Assembly: GCA_016868015.1 (NCBI GenBank)
Contig: VGIF01000003.1
Span: forward strand, 1-55,508
Source: Betaproteobacteria bacterium
GTDB taxonomy: Bacteria; Pseudomonadota; Gammaproteobacteria; Burkholderiales; SG8-41
Length of the DNA stretch: 55,508 nucleotides
Direction of reading: 5' to 3'
This document shows positions 9,792-19,051 of this stretch, piece after piece (positions within the stretch are counted from its first letter, which is position 1; the number at the start of each line of letters is the position of its first letter). The position numbers were made by a program, and so were the translations under genes. The notes under the pieces were generated by a model, which saw only the letters and a program-made list of their open reading frames with translations, was not told the origin of the DNA and did no database searches.

Positions 9792-9818
9792 AAAATATTC
9801 AATTAAATCAAATACTTA
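9792..9818 (+). repeat. 27-bp motif copy 3
   Basis: AAAATATTCAATTAAATCAAATACTTA in a divergent intergenic region, 3 bp from the FNR-like box. Confidence 0.9.
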
Positions 9819-9860
9819 AGTATAACCACCGTTTCGGCGCCGCGCGGCTAAAATTCACCC

Positions 9861-10565
9861 ATGATTCCCTGGCTCGATCAGAACTCACCGTTTCCGCCGC
9901 TCGCGCGCGCGTTGCAGGAGCCCAACGGTTTGCTCGCCGCCGGCGGCGATTTATCCGCCGCGCGTTTGATCGAGGCCTACAAACACGGCATCTTCCCATG
10001 GTATAGCGACCATCAGCCGCTTTTGTGGTGGAGCCCCGATCCGCGCATGGTGTTGGTGCCGGCGCAACTCAAAGTATCGCGCTCGCTCGGCAAACGCCTG
10101 CGCCGAAACGATTTTGAAATCCGCGTCGACACGCAGTTTGCCACGGTGATGCACGCCTGCGCCGCGCCGCGCATGAGTCAATCAGGCACGTGGATCACCG
10201 ATGACATGGTGGCGGCGTACCGTGAACTGAATCAACGCGGTCTTGCGCATTCGGTGGAAACCTGGATCGGCGGCGAACTCGCGGGCGGTTTGTACGGCGT
10301 GGCGATAGGCCGCATGTTCTACGGCGAATCGATGTTCACGCGCGTGCCCGACGCCTCGAAAATCGCGCTGGTGGCGCTGGCCCAACAGCTGCAACGCTGG
10401 GATTTCGGCCTGATCGACTGCCAGATGAAAACCGCGCATCTCGCCTCGCTCGGCGCGCGCGAAATCCCGCGCGCGGATTTTGTGCGCCGTCTCCAAGTCT
10501 TGGTAAACTGTGAGCCACCGCGACACTGGCGATTCGATGACGATGTGTTAAGGGCGTTTGTATAA
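9861..10565 (+). CDS. aat: Leucyl/phenylalanyl-tRNA--protein transferase
   Basis: '[11 protein letters not shown]', 'GIFPWY', 'WWSPDPR', 'AHSVE.W', 'FYGESMF', 'DASKIA', 'IDCQ'. Confidence 0.97.
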   Translation: MIPWLDQNSPFPPLARALQEPNGLLAAGGDLSAARLIEAYKHGIFPWYSDHQPLLWWSPDPRMVLVPAQLKVSRSLGKRLRRNDFEIRVDTQFATVMHACAAPRMSQSGTWITDDMVAAYRELNQRGLAHSVETWIGGELAGGLYGVAIGRMFYGESMFTRVPDASKIALVALAQQLQRWDFGLIDCQMKTAHLASLGAREIPRADFVRRLQVLVNCEPPRHWRFDDDVLRAFV

Positions 10566-10571
10566 CCGAAC

Positions 10572-11297
10572 ATGACTTATTTGACCGAGTTCCCGCTCTC
10601 GGTGCTGCAGTTTTATGCCACCGCGCCGTATCCGTGCAGTTATTTGCCGGAGCGCCTGGCACGCTCGCAAGTCGCGACACCCAGCCACCTGATCGACAGC
10701 GCCGTTTACAGCGAATTGATGCGCGCGGGTTTTCGCAGGAGCGGCGCGTTTACCTATCGGCCGCACTGCGATCATTGCCAGGCGTGCGTGCCGGTGCGCA
10801 TCGTCGTTGATGAATTTTCGCCCGGCCGCACCCAGCGCCGCTACGCCAGGCGCCACGGCGCGCTCGCCACGCACATGCTGGATCTCACCTACCGCGCCGA
10901 ACACTATGCGCTGTATTTGCGCTACCAATCCAGCCGCCACAGCGGCGGCGGCATGGATCAGGATAGCCGCGAGCAGTACCGGCATTTTTTGTTGCAAAGC
11001 AATTTGAAGTCGCGCTTGATCGAATTTCGCGATCAAGGCCGGCTGCGCATGGTGAGCATCCTTGACCAATTGGCCGACGGCATTTCTTCGGTTTATACGT
11101 TTTTCGATCCCGATGTGGCGGGGGCGAGTTTCGGCACCTATAACATCCTGTGGCAAATCGAATTGTGCCGCAAACTGGGCTTGCCGTATTTGTATCTGGG
11201 CTACTGGATCAAACAAAGCCGCAAGATGGCCTACAAGATTCAGTTTCAGCCGATCGAGGGGCTGGTGGATAACCGGTGGCAAGCGCTTAAAGCGTAG
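10572..11297 (+). CDS. bpt: Aspartate/glutamate leucyltransferase (Bpt; ATE family)
   Basis: 'YPCSYL', 'GFRRSG..YRPHC..C.AC.PVRI', 'SSVYTFFDP', 'YLGYWI..S.KM.YK..F.P'. Confidence 0.93.
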   Translation: MTYLTEFPLSVLQFYATAPYPCSYLPERLARSQVATPSHLIDSAVYSELMRAGFRRSGAFTYRPHCDHCQACVPVRIVVDEFSPGRTQRRYARRHGALATHMLDLTYRAEHYALYLRYQSSRHSGGGMDQDSREQYRHFLLQSNLKSRLIEFRDQGRLRMVSILDQLADGISSVYTFFDPDVAGASFGTYNILWQIELCRKLGLPYLYLGYWIKQSRKMAYKIQFQPIEGLVDNRWQALKA

Positions 11298-11298
11298 A

Positions 11299-11387
11299 AG
11301 GATGGGTGGAGGGCGCAGGCCGTAACCCATCGCGACGGGTGCTAAAAATGAAGGACGTGATGGGTTACGCTTCGCTCCACCCATCCT
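11299..11387. repeat. GTAG-type REP doublet (degenerate)
   Basis: AGGATGGGTGGAG..CGTAACCCATC ... GATGGGTTACG..CTCCACCCATCCT inverted pair between bpt and ald. Confidence 0.75.
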
Positions 11388-11400
11388 GCAGGGGCCTCTC

Positions 11401-12513
11401 ATGAAAATCGGCGTTCCCAAGGAAATCAAAAACCACGAATACCGCGTCGGCGTCACGCCCGACGGCGCGCGCGCGCTGGCCGCGGCGGGCCATGCGGTGC
11501 TGGTGCAAACCGGGGCCGGCGCGCGCGTGGGTTTCGCCGATGCGCAATACGCCGCCGCGGGCGCGCACATCGTGGCCACGCCGCACGAGGTTTACGCCTG
11601 CGACATGGTGATCAAGGTCAAGGAATTGCAGCGCGCCGAATTTGCGCTGCAGCGGCCGGGGCTTATTTTGTATTGCTACCAGCACTTCGCGCCGGATCGC
11701 GAATTGCTCGATGCGGCGTTGGGTAGCGGCGTCACCGGCATTGCGTATGAAACGGTGAGCGCGCCCGATGGCAGTTTGCCGCTGCTAACGCCGATGTCGG
11801 CGATCGCCGGACGCCTTGCGCCACAAGTCGGTGCGTGGGCCTTGCAAATGGCGAACGGGGGCAGCGGCGTGCTGTTGGGCGGCGTACCGGGCGTGCTGCC
11901 CGCGCGCGTGTTGATCGTCGGCGGCGGCATCGTCGGCGGCAACGCCGCGCGCATCGCGCTGGGCATGGGCGCGGAGGTGACGCTGATCGACCGCAGCGCG
12001 GCCAGGCTTGCGCATCTCGAAGACGTGTTCGGCGCACGTTTAAAAACCGCGATTTCCGACGCGCCCACGATCGAAGCGCTGGCGGCCGCGGCCGACCTCA
12101 TTATCGGCGCGGTACTGCTGCCGGGCAAACTTGCGCCGCGGTTGATCCGCCGCGCCGATCTAAAACGCATGCGGCCGGGCTCGGTGATCGTCGATGTCGC
12201 CATCGACCAGGGCGGCATTTGTGAAACCTCGCGCCCGACCTCGCACAGCGAGCCGCTCTACGTCGAGGAAGGCATCGTGCACTACTGCGTGCCCAACATG
12301 CCCTCGGCGGTGGCGCGTACGGCCACGCTGGCGTTAACCCAGGCAACGCTGCCGCTCGCACTTGACATCGCCAACCGCGGGCTAAACGCCGCGCTCGCCG
12401 CCAACCCGGGCCTGCGCCCCGGTGTGCAAACGTATCAAGGCAAAGTCACCCATGCCGATCTCGCGCAGGATAGCGGGCGCGCGTATACCGCGCTCGATAC
12501 ATTGTTATCGTAA
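11401..12513 (+). CDS. ald: Alanine dehydrogenase
   Basis: '[17 protein letters not shown]', 'IAYETV', '[12 protein letters not shown]', 'GGVPGV', '[11 protein letters not shown]', 'HYCVPNMP'. Confidence 0.96.
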   Translation: MKIGVPKEIKNHEYRVGVTPDGARALAAAGHAVLVQTGAGARVGFADAQYAAAGAHIVATPHEVYACDMVIKVKELQRAEFALQRPGLILYCYQHFAPDRELLDAALGSGVTGIAYETVSAPDGSLPLLTPMSAIAGRLAPQVGAWALQMANGGSGVLLGGVPGVLPARVLIVGGGIVGGNAARIALGMGAEVTLIDRSAARLAHLEDVFGARLKTAISDAPTIEALAAAADLIIGAVLLPGKLAPRLIRRADLKRMRPGSVIVDVAIDQGGICETSRPTSHSEPLYVEEGIVHYCVPNMPSAVARTATLALTQATLPLALDIANRGLNAALAANPGLRPGVQTYQGKVTHADLAQDSGRAYTALDTLLS

Positions 12514-13169
12514 TGCCGCGCACTGGTGAAATCGACGTTAGCGACGTTAGCGACGCTAGCGACACGATCGACGCGATCGACGCGCTGCTGCCGCAGACGC
12601 AATGCGGCCAGTGCGGCTACGCCGGTTGCCGGCCGTATGCGCGGGCGCTCGCCGCGGGCGCGGCGCACATCAATCGTTGTCCGCCCGGCGGCGATGACGT
12701 GATCAACGATCTCGCACGCTTACTCAACGTCGCGGTGAAGCCGCTTGATACCTCATGCGGCATGCCCAAGCCGCCGGCGCTCGCCTTCATCGACGAAGCC
12801 TGGTGCATCGGTTGCACGCTGTGCATTCAAGCCTGCCCGGTGGACGCCATCGCCGGCGCGGCGAAGTTGATGCACACGGTGATCGCGGCTGAATGCACCG
12901 GCTGCGAGTTGTGCATAGCGCCGTGTCCGGTGGATTGCATTCAGATGGTCGCGGACGAACGCGCACAAGATCGCGAGGCGCGGCTCGCGCGCGCTAACCA
13001 CTGGCGCGCCCGCCATCAGGCGCGGCAATCACGCTTGGGCGTGGCAGGCGCGCCGCCCGCCACTCCCCCAGCGCAAGCGCCCACTGCCACCGGTCCCAAA
13101 CAGGCAGCCATCGCACGCGCCCTGGCGCGCGCTCAAGCCCGTATTACGAAAAAACAAAAATCTCAATAA
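12513..13169 (+). CDS. rsxB: RnfB/RsxB-like ferredoxin (no N-terminal TM anchor)
   Basis: '[17 protein letters not shown]...NRCPPGG' FeS domain plus two [4Fe-4S] motifs [12 protein letters not shown] / [12 protein letters not shown]. Confidence 0.9.
   Translation: MPRTGEIDVSDVSDASDTIDAIDALLPQTQCGQCGYAGCRPYARALAAGAAHINRCPPGGDDVINDLARLLNVAVKPLDTSCGMPKPPALAFIDEAWCIGCTLCIQACPVDAIAGAAKLMHTVIAAECTGCELCIAPCPVDCIQMVADERAQDREARLARANHWRARHQARQSRLGVAGAPPATPPAQAPTATGPKQAAIARALARAQARITKKQKSQ
12531..12584 (+). repeat. In-frame 9-bp tandem array (6 units) at the RsxB N-terminus
   Basis: ATCGACGTT AGCGACGTT AGCGACGCT AGCGACACG ATCGACGCG ATCGACGCG = [18 protein letters not shown]. Confidence 0.75.
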
Positions 13170-13181
13170 AACAAATACTTA
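13156..13181 (+). repeat. 27-bp motif copy 4 (1-nt deletion), contains the rsxB stop
   Basis: AAAAATCTCAATAAAA-CAAATACTTA. Confidence 0.8.
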
Positions 13182-13201
13182 CAAAAACATACTGTCTGTT
13201 T

Positions 13202-13846
13202 ATGAATGCCACCAAGCGCCGCGCCATCTTCGAACGTTTTCAGCAAGCGAATCCCGAGCCGCGCGGCGAGTTGCATTACCAAACACCGTTCGAATTGTTG
13301 GTGGCGGTGATCTTGTCGGCGCAGGCCACCGACAAAAGTGTCAACGCCGCCACCGACAGGCTCTACCCGGTGGCGAACACGCCGCGCGCGATTTTGAAAC
13401 TCGGGCAAAAGGGGCTGGAGCAGTACATCAAAACCATCGGGCTATATCGCACCAAGGCGAAAAACGTGCTCGCCACCTGCAAGATATTGTTGGATGAGCA
13501 TGGCGGCGAGGTGCCGCGTTCGCGCGAAGCGCTGCAAGCGCTGCCCGGCGTCGGGCGCAAAACCGCCAACGTGGTTTTGAATATCGCGTTTGGCGAGCCC
13601 ACCATCGCGGTCGACACGCATATCTTCAGGATCGGCAACCGCACCGGTATCGCGCCCGGCAAGACGCCGCTCGATGTCGAGCAAAAACTACTGAAGTTCG
13701 TGCCGGCGCAATTCAAGTTGCACGCGCACCACTGGCTTATACTGCACGGGCGTTATGTGTGCATGGCGCGCGCGCCGAAATGCGGGCAATGTCTGATTCG
13801 CGAATGGTGCGAATTCAAGGAGAAAACCGCGAATAGTGAAACGTGA
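13202..13846 (+). CDS. nth: Endonuclease III
   Basis: 'ELLVAVILSAQATD', HhH 'LPGVGRKTANVVLN', 'VDTHIFR', FCL 'C.ARAPKC..C.I...C'. Confidence 0.97.
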   Translation: MNATKRRAIFERFQQANPEPRGELHYQTPFELLVAVILSAQATDKSVNAATDRLYPVANTPRAILKLGQKGLEQYIKTIGLYRTKAKNVLATCKILLDEHGGEVPRSREALQALPGVGRKTANVVLNIAFGEPTIAVDTHIFRIGNRTGIAPGKTPLDVEQKLLKFVPAQFKLHAHHWLILHGRYVCMARAPKCGQCLIREWCEFKEKTANSET

Positions 13847-13896
13847 AATGAGAAACGAAAAATAGCCGTGGCATCGAGCCACGTTTTACGTTTCAC
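13829..13896. repeat. Heptamer array with inverted copies between convergent genes
   Basis: GCGAATA GTGAAAC GTGAAAT GAGAAAC GAAAAAT ... CACGTTTTACGTTTCAC. Confidence 0.55.
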
Positions 13897-13899
13897 CAA

Positions 13900-14223
13900 C
13901 TACCGAAACGTCGCCAACCCCTGTTGCCGCGAGTAAAACGCGGCAAGGTCTTCCATGTCGCGCAGCGTCAGCGGTTTGGCCATCGGCGCCATGATGGCAT
14001 TTTTGCGCGTGCCGTTTTGGTAGGCCAGTAACGCTTTCACCAGGTAGTCGGCGTGTTGGCCGGCGAGGCGCGGGGTGTCGGGGGTGTTGGGGGAATTGCC
14101 GTCGGCGCCATGACAGGCGGCACAGGTTTTGGATTTTTCCTTACCCGCCGACGGGTTGCCGGCATAAGCGGCGCCGCTCGCCAACCACGCCGCCGCGCAC
14201 ATCAAGACTATCCATTTTTTCAT
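13900..14223 (-). CDS. Monoheme cytochrome c (c553/c4-half type)
   Basis: Signal peptide MKKWIVL..AYA, CAACH, 'P.LAGQ..DY', distal Met in 'IMAPM'. Confidence 0.9.
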   Translation of the reverse strand: MKKWIVLMCAAAWLASGAAYAGNPSAGKEKSKTCAACHGADGNSPNTPDTPRLAGQHADYLVKALLAYQNGTRKNAIMAPMAKPLTLRDMEDLAAFYSRQQGLATFR

Positions 14224-14233
14224 TTTTTCACCC

Positions 14234-14587
14234 TTATTTCGCCGCGACATTGCCCGGGCCCGCGGCGTAGTAAGCGGCGAGGTCCGCCATGTCTTGATCG
14301 CTCAAGCCGGCGGCAACGCCACGCATGCTGGGGTGGTTACGCTCGCCGGAGCGATACGCTTGCAGCGACTTGGCGATGTAGGCGGCGTTTTGGCCGCCGA
14401 TTTTGGGCACGTGATACACCTCCGGGAATGCCGTCTTATAGCCGGAGAGACCGTGGCAACCCACGCACATGGAATTTTTCTGGGCGCCCGCGGCGGCATC
14501 TCCCGCTGGTGTTTGCGCCAGCGCGCCGGCGCCGGCCATGGCCGCGGCGATGCCCCACACCGCGTGCACTACGTGCAATCTCATCAT
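14234..14587 (-). CDS. Monoheme cytochrome c (c553/c554 type)
   Basis: Signal peptide, CVGCH, 'VPKIGGQ..AY', 'HPSM'. Confidence 0.9.
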   Translation of the reverse strand: MMRLHVVHAVWGIAAAMAGAGALAQTPAGDAAAGAQKNSMCVGCHGLSGYKTAFPEVYHVPKIGGQNAAYIAKSLQAYRSGERNHPSMRGVAAGLSDQDMADLAAYYAAGPGNVAAK

Positions 14588-14815
14588 CGTGTTATTCCCG
14601 CGCTATGTCCTGGAACGTGTTGAAACGTGTTGATCCGTATTGAACGTATTCTTTGGAAACCCGAAAGCCGGATTGTCTCGGAGACTAGGCAAAACCATCC
14701 GGCGCCTGAATCCTCGAGTTGCTCCTCGCGTTGTTGCTTTTTTGGCTCATTCCGAGCGGCGAAATTATACCCGAAAATCTCCCTTTCGTTGCCCCCAAGC
14801 GCCCTATCGCAGATA

Positions 14816-17041
14816 ATGGACGTGAATTTTCTCGCGGGCAGCACTGCCTTGAATCCGATTCACCCCGCCAACGCCTACCCAAGGCTCGCGCGCGTCTTTC
14901 CGTTTTTGCGCTGGTGGCCCATGGTCAGCCGCGACACCCTGCGCGCGGACGCCATCGCCGGGCTGACGGTGGCGATGATCTTGATCCCGCAGTCGATGGC
15001 CTACGCCCAACTCGCGGGCATGCCGGCGTTTTACGGCCTTTACGCGGCGTTTTTGCCGGTGTTGATCGGCGCGCTGTGGGGCTCGTCTCACCAACTGGCG
15101 ACCGGGCCGGTGGCGATGGTGGCGCTGCTCACCGGTTCGAGCCTGGCGCAATTCGCCACGCCCGGCCAAGATCAGTTCATCGCGATGGCGATCACGCTAG
15201 CGCTGATGGTGGGTGTGTTTCAATTCACGCTGGGCGTGTTTCGGCTGGGCGCGATCATCAGTTTTTTGTCGCATCCGGTGATTGTCGGTTTCACCAATGC
15301 CGCGGCAATCATCATCGCGCTCTCGCAACTAAATAAATTCATTGGCGTGCCGCTCGTGCGCACGGATCAGTTTTTGCTCGACGTGTGGGGCGTGCTAAGA
15401 CGCGCCACCGACGCCCACTGGCCCACGCTCGCCTTTGGCCTGGCGGCTTTGACGCTGATGTTGCTGCTGCGCCGTTACCGCCCGCTGTGGCCCGGCGTGC
15501 TGATCGCGGTGGCGCTGGCCACGCTGGTGAGTTGGGGGATCGAATTCGAGCGCGGCGACAGCGCGCAGGCCGCGCAGTTTGATAACGCCAATGTGCGCAC
15601 CGTGATCGAAGTCGCCCGCGCCACGCGCGATAATCTGGCCGAGGTGAATCGCGAGATCTCCGAAAAATCCAATGACATGCAGCAATTTCGGCAGCGATAC
15701 GGCGAGGATCACCCGCGCGCGCTCGCCTTGCGGCACGACATCGAGTTTTTGCGGCTGCAAATGCGCGGCATCGAGCGCGAACGCGACACGCGCCTGGCGG
15801 AATTGCACTCGCTGCGTTTCGAACGCGTGCCTAGCGTGGGCGGCGCCGCCTCGCGTTTTTATCTCGAGGGCCAACTGCCCGCCAGCGTGACCGCCGATGC
15901 CCGCCGCTGGCAAGTGGAGCGTTTGGATCAAAACGAAATCACGCTAAAAGGCGGCGGCAACGTGATCGGCGCGGTGCCCGCGGGACTGCCCAAATTCTCG
16001 TGGCCGGGCTTTAACTTCGGCACCCTGGCGACGCTGTTCGCCACCGCGCTGGTGATCACGCTGGTGGGCTTCATGGAAGCGATTTCCATCGCCAAGGCGA
16101 TGGCGACACAAACGCGGCAACGCATCGACCCCAACCAGGAATTAATCGGGCAAGGCCTGGCCAACGTCGCCGGCTCGCTCACACAATCGTTTCCGGTGAG
16201 CGGCTCGTTTTCGCGCTCGGCGGTGAATCTGAGCGCCGGCGCGCGCACCGGCATGTCCTCGGTGTTTACCGTGGGCGTGGTGCTGTTGACCTTGCTGCTG
16301 TTCACCCCCGCGCTCTACCATCTGCCGCAATCGGTGCTGGCGGCGATTATTCTGCTGGCGGTGATCAACCTGGTGAATTTCAAAGGCCTGATTCACGCCT
16401 GGCACGCGCATCACCACGACGGCATCGCCGCGTTCGTCACCTTTATCGCCACGCTCGCGTTCGCGCCGCAACTGGAAGCGGGCATTTTGGTGGGCGGCGG
16501 GCTTGCGATTTTGCTCTATTTGTACCGCACCATGCGCCCGCGCGTGGCAGTGTTAAGCCGCCACCCCGACGGGCGGCTGCGCGATGCGCAACTGCATAAT
16601 CTGCCCACCAGCGATTACGTCATCGCCATACGCTTTGACGGCTCGCTTTACTTCGCCAACGTGCCCTACTTCGAGGATTTGATCATGAACCAGGTGGCGC
16701 GCAGGCCCAAGGCGAAGTTCGTGCTGATCGTGGGCGACGCGATCAACGAACTCGATGCCTCCGGCGCCACCGCCATACGCGACCTGGTGCACCGCATGCG
16801 CGACATCGGCGTGACGCTGGTATTTAGCGGCTTGAAGCAACAAGTCGAAGTCGTCGTCGACAACACCGAGCTCGACAAGGTGATCGGCGCAGACAATATT
16901 TTCCGCAACGACGATCAAGCGATCGAATCCATCCACAGCCGCATCACCGATCCGGACTTCTCGCCCGCGCGCTGCCCGCTGCATATCGGCGAGCGCCGCG
17001 CGCCACGCGAGCCCCGCGCCCTCAACGCGCCCGATTCGTGA
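14816..17041 (+). CDS. SulP/SLC26 anion transporter with STAS domain and a large internal insertion
   Basis: 'DAIAGLTVA..LIPQSMAYAQLAG', 'NQELIGQG.AN', 'SGSFSRSAVN', STAS 'IRFDGSLYFAN'; start approximate. Confidence 0.92.
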   Translation: MDVNFLAGSTALNPIHPANAYPRLARVFPFLRWWPMVSRDTLRADAIAGLTVAMILIPQSMAYAQLAGMPAFYGLYAAFLPVLIGALWGSSHQLATGPVAMVALLTGSSLAQFATPGQDQFIAMAITLALMVGVFQFTLGVFRLGAIISFLSHPVIVGFTNAAAIIIALSQLNKFIGVPLVRTDQFLLDVWGVLRRATDAHWPTLAFGLAALTLMLLLRRYRPLWPGVLIAVALATLVSWGIEFERGDSAQAAQFDNANVRTVIEVARATRDNLAEVNREISEKSNDMQQFRQRYGEDHPRALALRHDIEFLRLQMRGIERERDTRLAELHSLRFERVPSVGGAASRFYLEGQLPASVTADARRWQVERLDQNEITLKGGGNVIGAVPAGLPKFSWPGFNFGTLATLFATALVITLVGFMEAISIAKAMATQTRQRIDPNQELIGQGLANVAGSLTQSFPVSGSFSRSAVNLSAGARTGMSSVFTVGVVLLTLLLFTPALYHLPQSVLAAIILLAVINLVNFKGLIHAWHAHHHDGIAAFVTFIATLAFAPQLEAGILVGGGLAILLYLYRTMRPRVAVLSRHPDGRLRDAQLHNLPTSDYVIAIRFDGSLYFANVPYFEDLIMNQVARRPKAKFVLIVGDAINELDASGATAIRDLVHRMRDIGVTLVFSGLKQQVEVVVDNTELDKVIGADNIFRNDDQAIESIHSRITDPDFSPARCPLHIGERRAPREPRALNAPDS

Positions 17042-17042
17042 C

Positions 17043-17603
17043 ATGGCCAACCGCTTGACGCGCATCGTTACCCGCACCGGGGACGCCGGTGAAACGGGCC
17101 TCGCCGACGGCTCGCGCGTGGCCAAGGATGCGCCGCGCATCGAAGCGCTGGGCGCCGTGGACGAATTAAACAGCGCGCTCGGCGTGTTGCTCGCCGAGCC
17201 GCTGCCCGGCACCGTGCGCACCTGTTTGGGCGACGTGCAAAACGACCTTTTCGATGTGGGCGGCGAGCTGAGCGTGCCCGGCCACGCAATATTGAGCAAT
17301 GCGCATGTCGCGCGGCTGGAACAGGCGCTTACCGCGTTAAACGCCGGCTTGCCGCCGTTGAAGGATTTTATTTTGCCCGGTGGCACGCGCGCGGCGGCGC
17401 TCGCGCATGTCGCGCGCACGGTATGCCGGCGCGCCGAGCGGCGCGTCATCACGCTCGCCCGGCACGACAGCGCGCCCGCGCTTGCCACGCCGTATCTGAA
17501 TCGCTTGTCGGATCTGCTGTTCGTGATCGCGCGCGTGCTCAATCGTCAGGGTGACAACGCGCCCGGCAACGATGTGCTGTGGCAACCGGGTAAAAACCGC
17601 TGA
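17043..17603 (+). CDS. PduO-type cob(I)alamin adenosyltransferase
   Basis: 'TRTGDAGETGL', 'G.VDELNS', 'FILPGG', 'ARTVCRRAER', 'YLNRLSDLLF'. Confidence 0.95.
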   Translation: MANRLTRIVTRTGDAGETGLADGSRVAKDAPRIEALGAVDELNSALGVLLAEPLPGTVRTCLGDVQNDLFDVGGELSVPGHAILSNAHVARLEQALTALNAGLPPLKDFILPGGTRAAALAHVARTVCRRAERRVITLARHDSAPALATPYLNRLSDLLFVIARVLNRQGDNAPGNDVLWQPGKNR

Positions 17604-17618
17604 CCGGCGGTATTTATA

Positions 17619-17645
17619 TAAATTATTGATTTTATTGATATTTTT
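17619..17645 (-). repeat. 27-bp motif copy 5, between convergent genes
   Basis: AAAAATATCAATAAAATCAATAATTTA. Confidence 0.88.
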
Positions 17646-17696
17646 AGTGGCGCGTGTTGCCCCATCGCGCTCGAACGGTGACGGCGGCGTGAACCG

Positions 17697-18053
17697 CTAC
17701 AACAATTCGGTATCCTCATGCGCATACGCAGGCGCGCACGCACACAAAATTTTCAGCGCCAGCGCGCTGGTGCAGGCGATGCAGTGCGGCGTGCCGGGGG
17801 CAATACAAACCGTATCGCCGACACCCACGTCAAACGTTTGCGCACCCAGCCGCATGCGCCCCGTGCCCTGGGTGATGTGATAAATCTCCTCCGCGACGCG
17901 ATGCCGGTGCAATTGCGTTTTCTGACCGGGCAACACCACCGCTTCGGCGAAGCTTTGTGCCCGGTTGCCCTGTTGCGCGGGATGCATCAGCTCGCGAATT
18001 TGCGAGCCATCCTTGGTGGTAAACGGTTCGATCGAGGCGTAACTTGTTTTCAT
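17697..18053 (-). CDS. Cupin_2 domain protein
   Basis: 'TKDGS.IREL', 'LHRH..AEEIYHI..G.G', 'I.PGTPH', 'PAY.H.D'. Confidence 0.88.
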   Translation of the reverse strand: MKTSYASIEPFTTKDGSQIRELMHPAQQGNRAQSFAEAVVLPGQKTQLHRHRVAEEIYHITQGTGRMRLGAQTFDVGVGDTVCIAPGTPHCIACTSALALKILCACAPAYAHEDTELL

Positions 18054-18100
18054 GACTCCGGCTCGGTAGGCTATGGCACAAGATCATTTTATGGCACAAC

Positions 18101-18808
18101 ATGGGTAAAGCACTGCGCAAACTGGGCGTACTCGGCGGCATGGGCCCGCTCGCCACCGTCGATTTTTTGCAAAAACTGATCGAGGAAACGCCCGCCACAC
18201 GCGATGAGGAGCACCTCCCCGTCATCGTTTATTCGGTACCGCAAATACCCGAACGGCCGCCGGCGATCACCGGTAACGGTCCATCGCCGTTGCCCCACAT
18301 GCTCGAAGGCATATACACCTTAAAGCGCGCCGGCGTGGATGCGGTCGCGATCGCTTGCAACACCGCACACTACTGGTATGACGATTTGCTGCGCGAGGGC
18401 GGCGTGCCGATTTTGCATATCGCCGACGCCGCTTGCCGGGCGCTCGCGAATGAGGCCACCCGCGTAGGCCTGATCGCCACCGGCGGCACCATCGCCGCCG
18501 GGTTTTATCAGCAGCGCTTTGCGGCTCTGGGCAAAACCTGCCTGCTCAACAGCACGCACGAGCAACACACGCTGGTAGGCCCCGCCATCGGGCACGTCAA
18601 GCGCGGCGAGCTTACGCAAGCGCACGCCCTGGCAACGCGCGCCGCACAGGGTTTGCTCGCGCGCGGCGCGCAAGGCATCATCCTTGGCTGCACGGAAATT
18701 CCGCTCGCCATCGAATTTGGACAGTCAGCCGTGTCCGCGCACTGTATCGATGCCACGCGCGCACTGGCACGGGGCTGTGTGCGCTGGTGGCAGGACGATC
18801 GCGATTGA
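18101..18808 (+). CDS. Aspartate/glutamate racemase family (RacX/YgeA-like)
   Basis: 'LGVLGGMGPLAT', two catalytic Cys in 'ACNTAH' and 'LGCTE'. Confidence 0.92.
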   Translation: MGKALRKLGVLGGMGPLATVDFLQKLIEETPATRDEEHLPVIVYSVPQIPERPPAITGNGPSPLPHMLEGIYTLKRAGVDAVAIACNTAHYWYDDLLREGGVPILHIADAACRALANEATRVGLIATGGTIAAGFYQQRFAALGKTCLLNSTHEQHTLVGPAIGHVKRGELTQAHALATRAAQGLLARGAQGIILGCTEIPLAIEFGQSAVSAHCIDATRALARGCVRWWQDDRD

Positions 18809-18910
18809 GCGGCCGGCCTGACGCCGCGTCTGCTCGCGTCATCGGCCGCGCGCGCCAAACGTTTATCGATTATCCAATGCGGCTTTGTGGCGCACTTCGT
18901 CATAAAAACG

Positions 18911-18937
18911 TAAGTATTTGATCTTAAATGATTTTTC
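18911..18937 (-). repeat. 27-bp motif copy 6
   Basis: GAAAAATCATTTAAGATCAAATACTTA upstream of gltI. Confidence 0.75.
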
Positions 18938-19051
18938 AATAAATGCCCGCTGGACAAGCGTGCCCACATCGGCTAGATTGACGGCTTGCGCGTAAGCGGT
19001 TCAAGCGGTTTTCCGATCAGTTCAACGGTTTTTCCTGTGGAGGAGTGTTTC

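Noticed and set aside
10548-11579. Long antisense or alternative-frame ORFs (also 16553-17542, 24021-25298, 25282-26376, 44014-45225, 51596-52522)
   Set aside because: Shadows of recognisable genes, expected in high-GC DNA.
18072-18099. TATGGCACAA direct repeat as a sigma54 promoter
   Set aside because: No TTGC at -12 for either copy; possibly an operator but unsupported.
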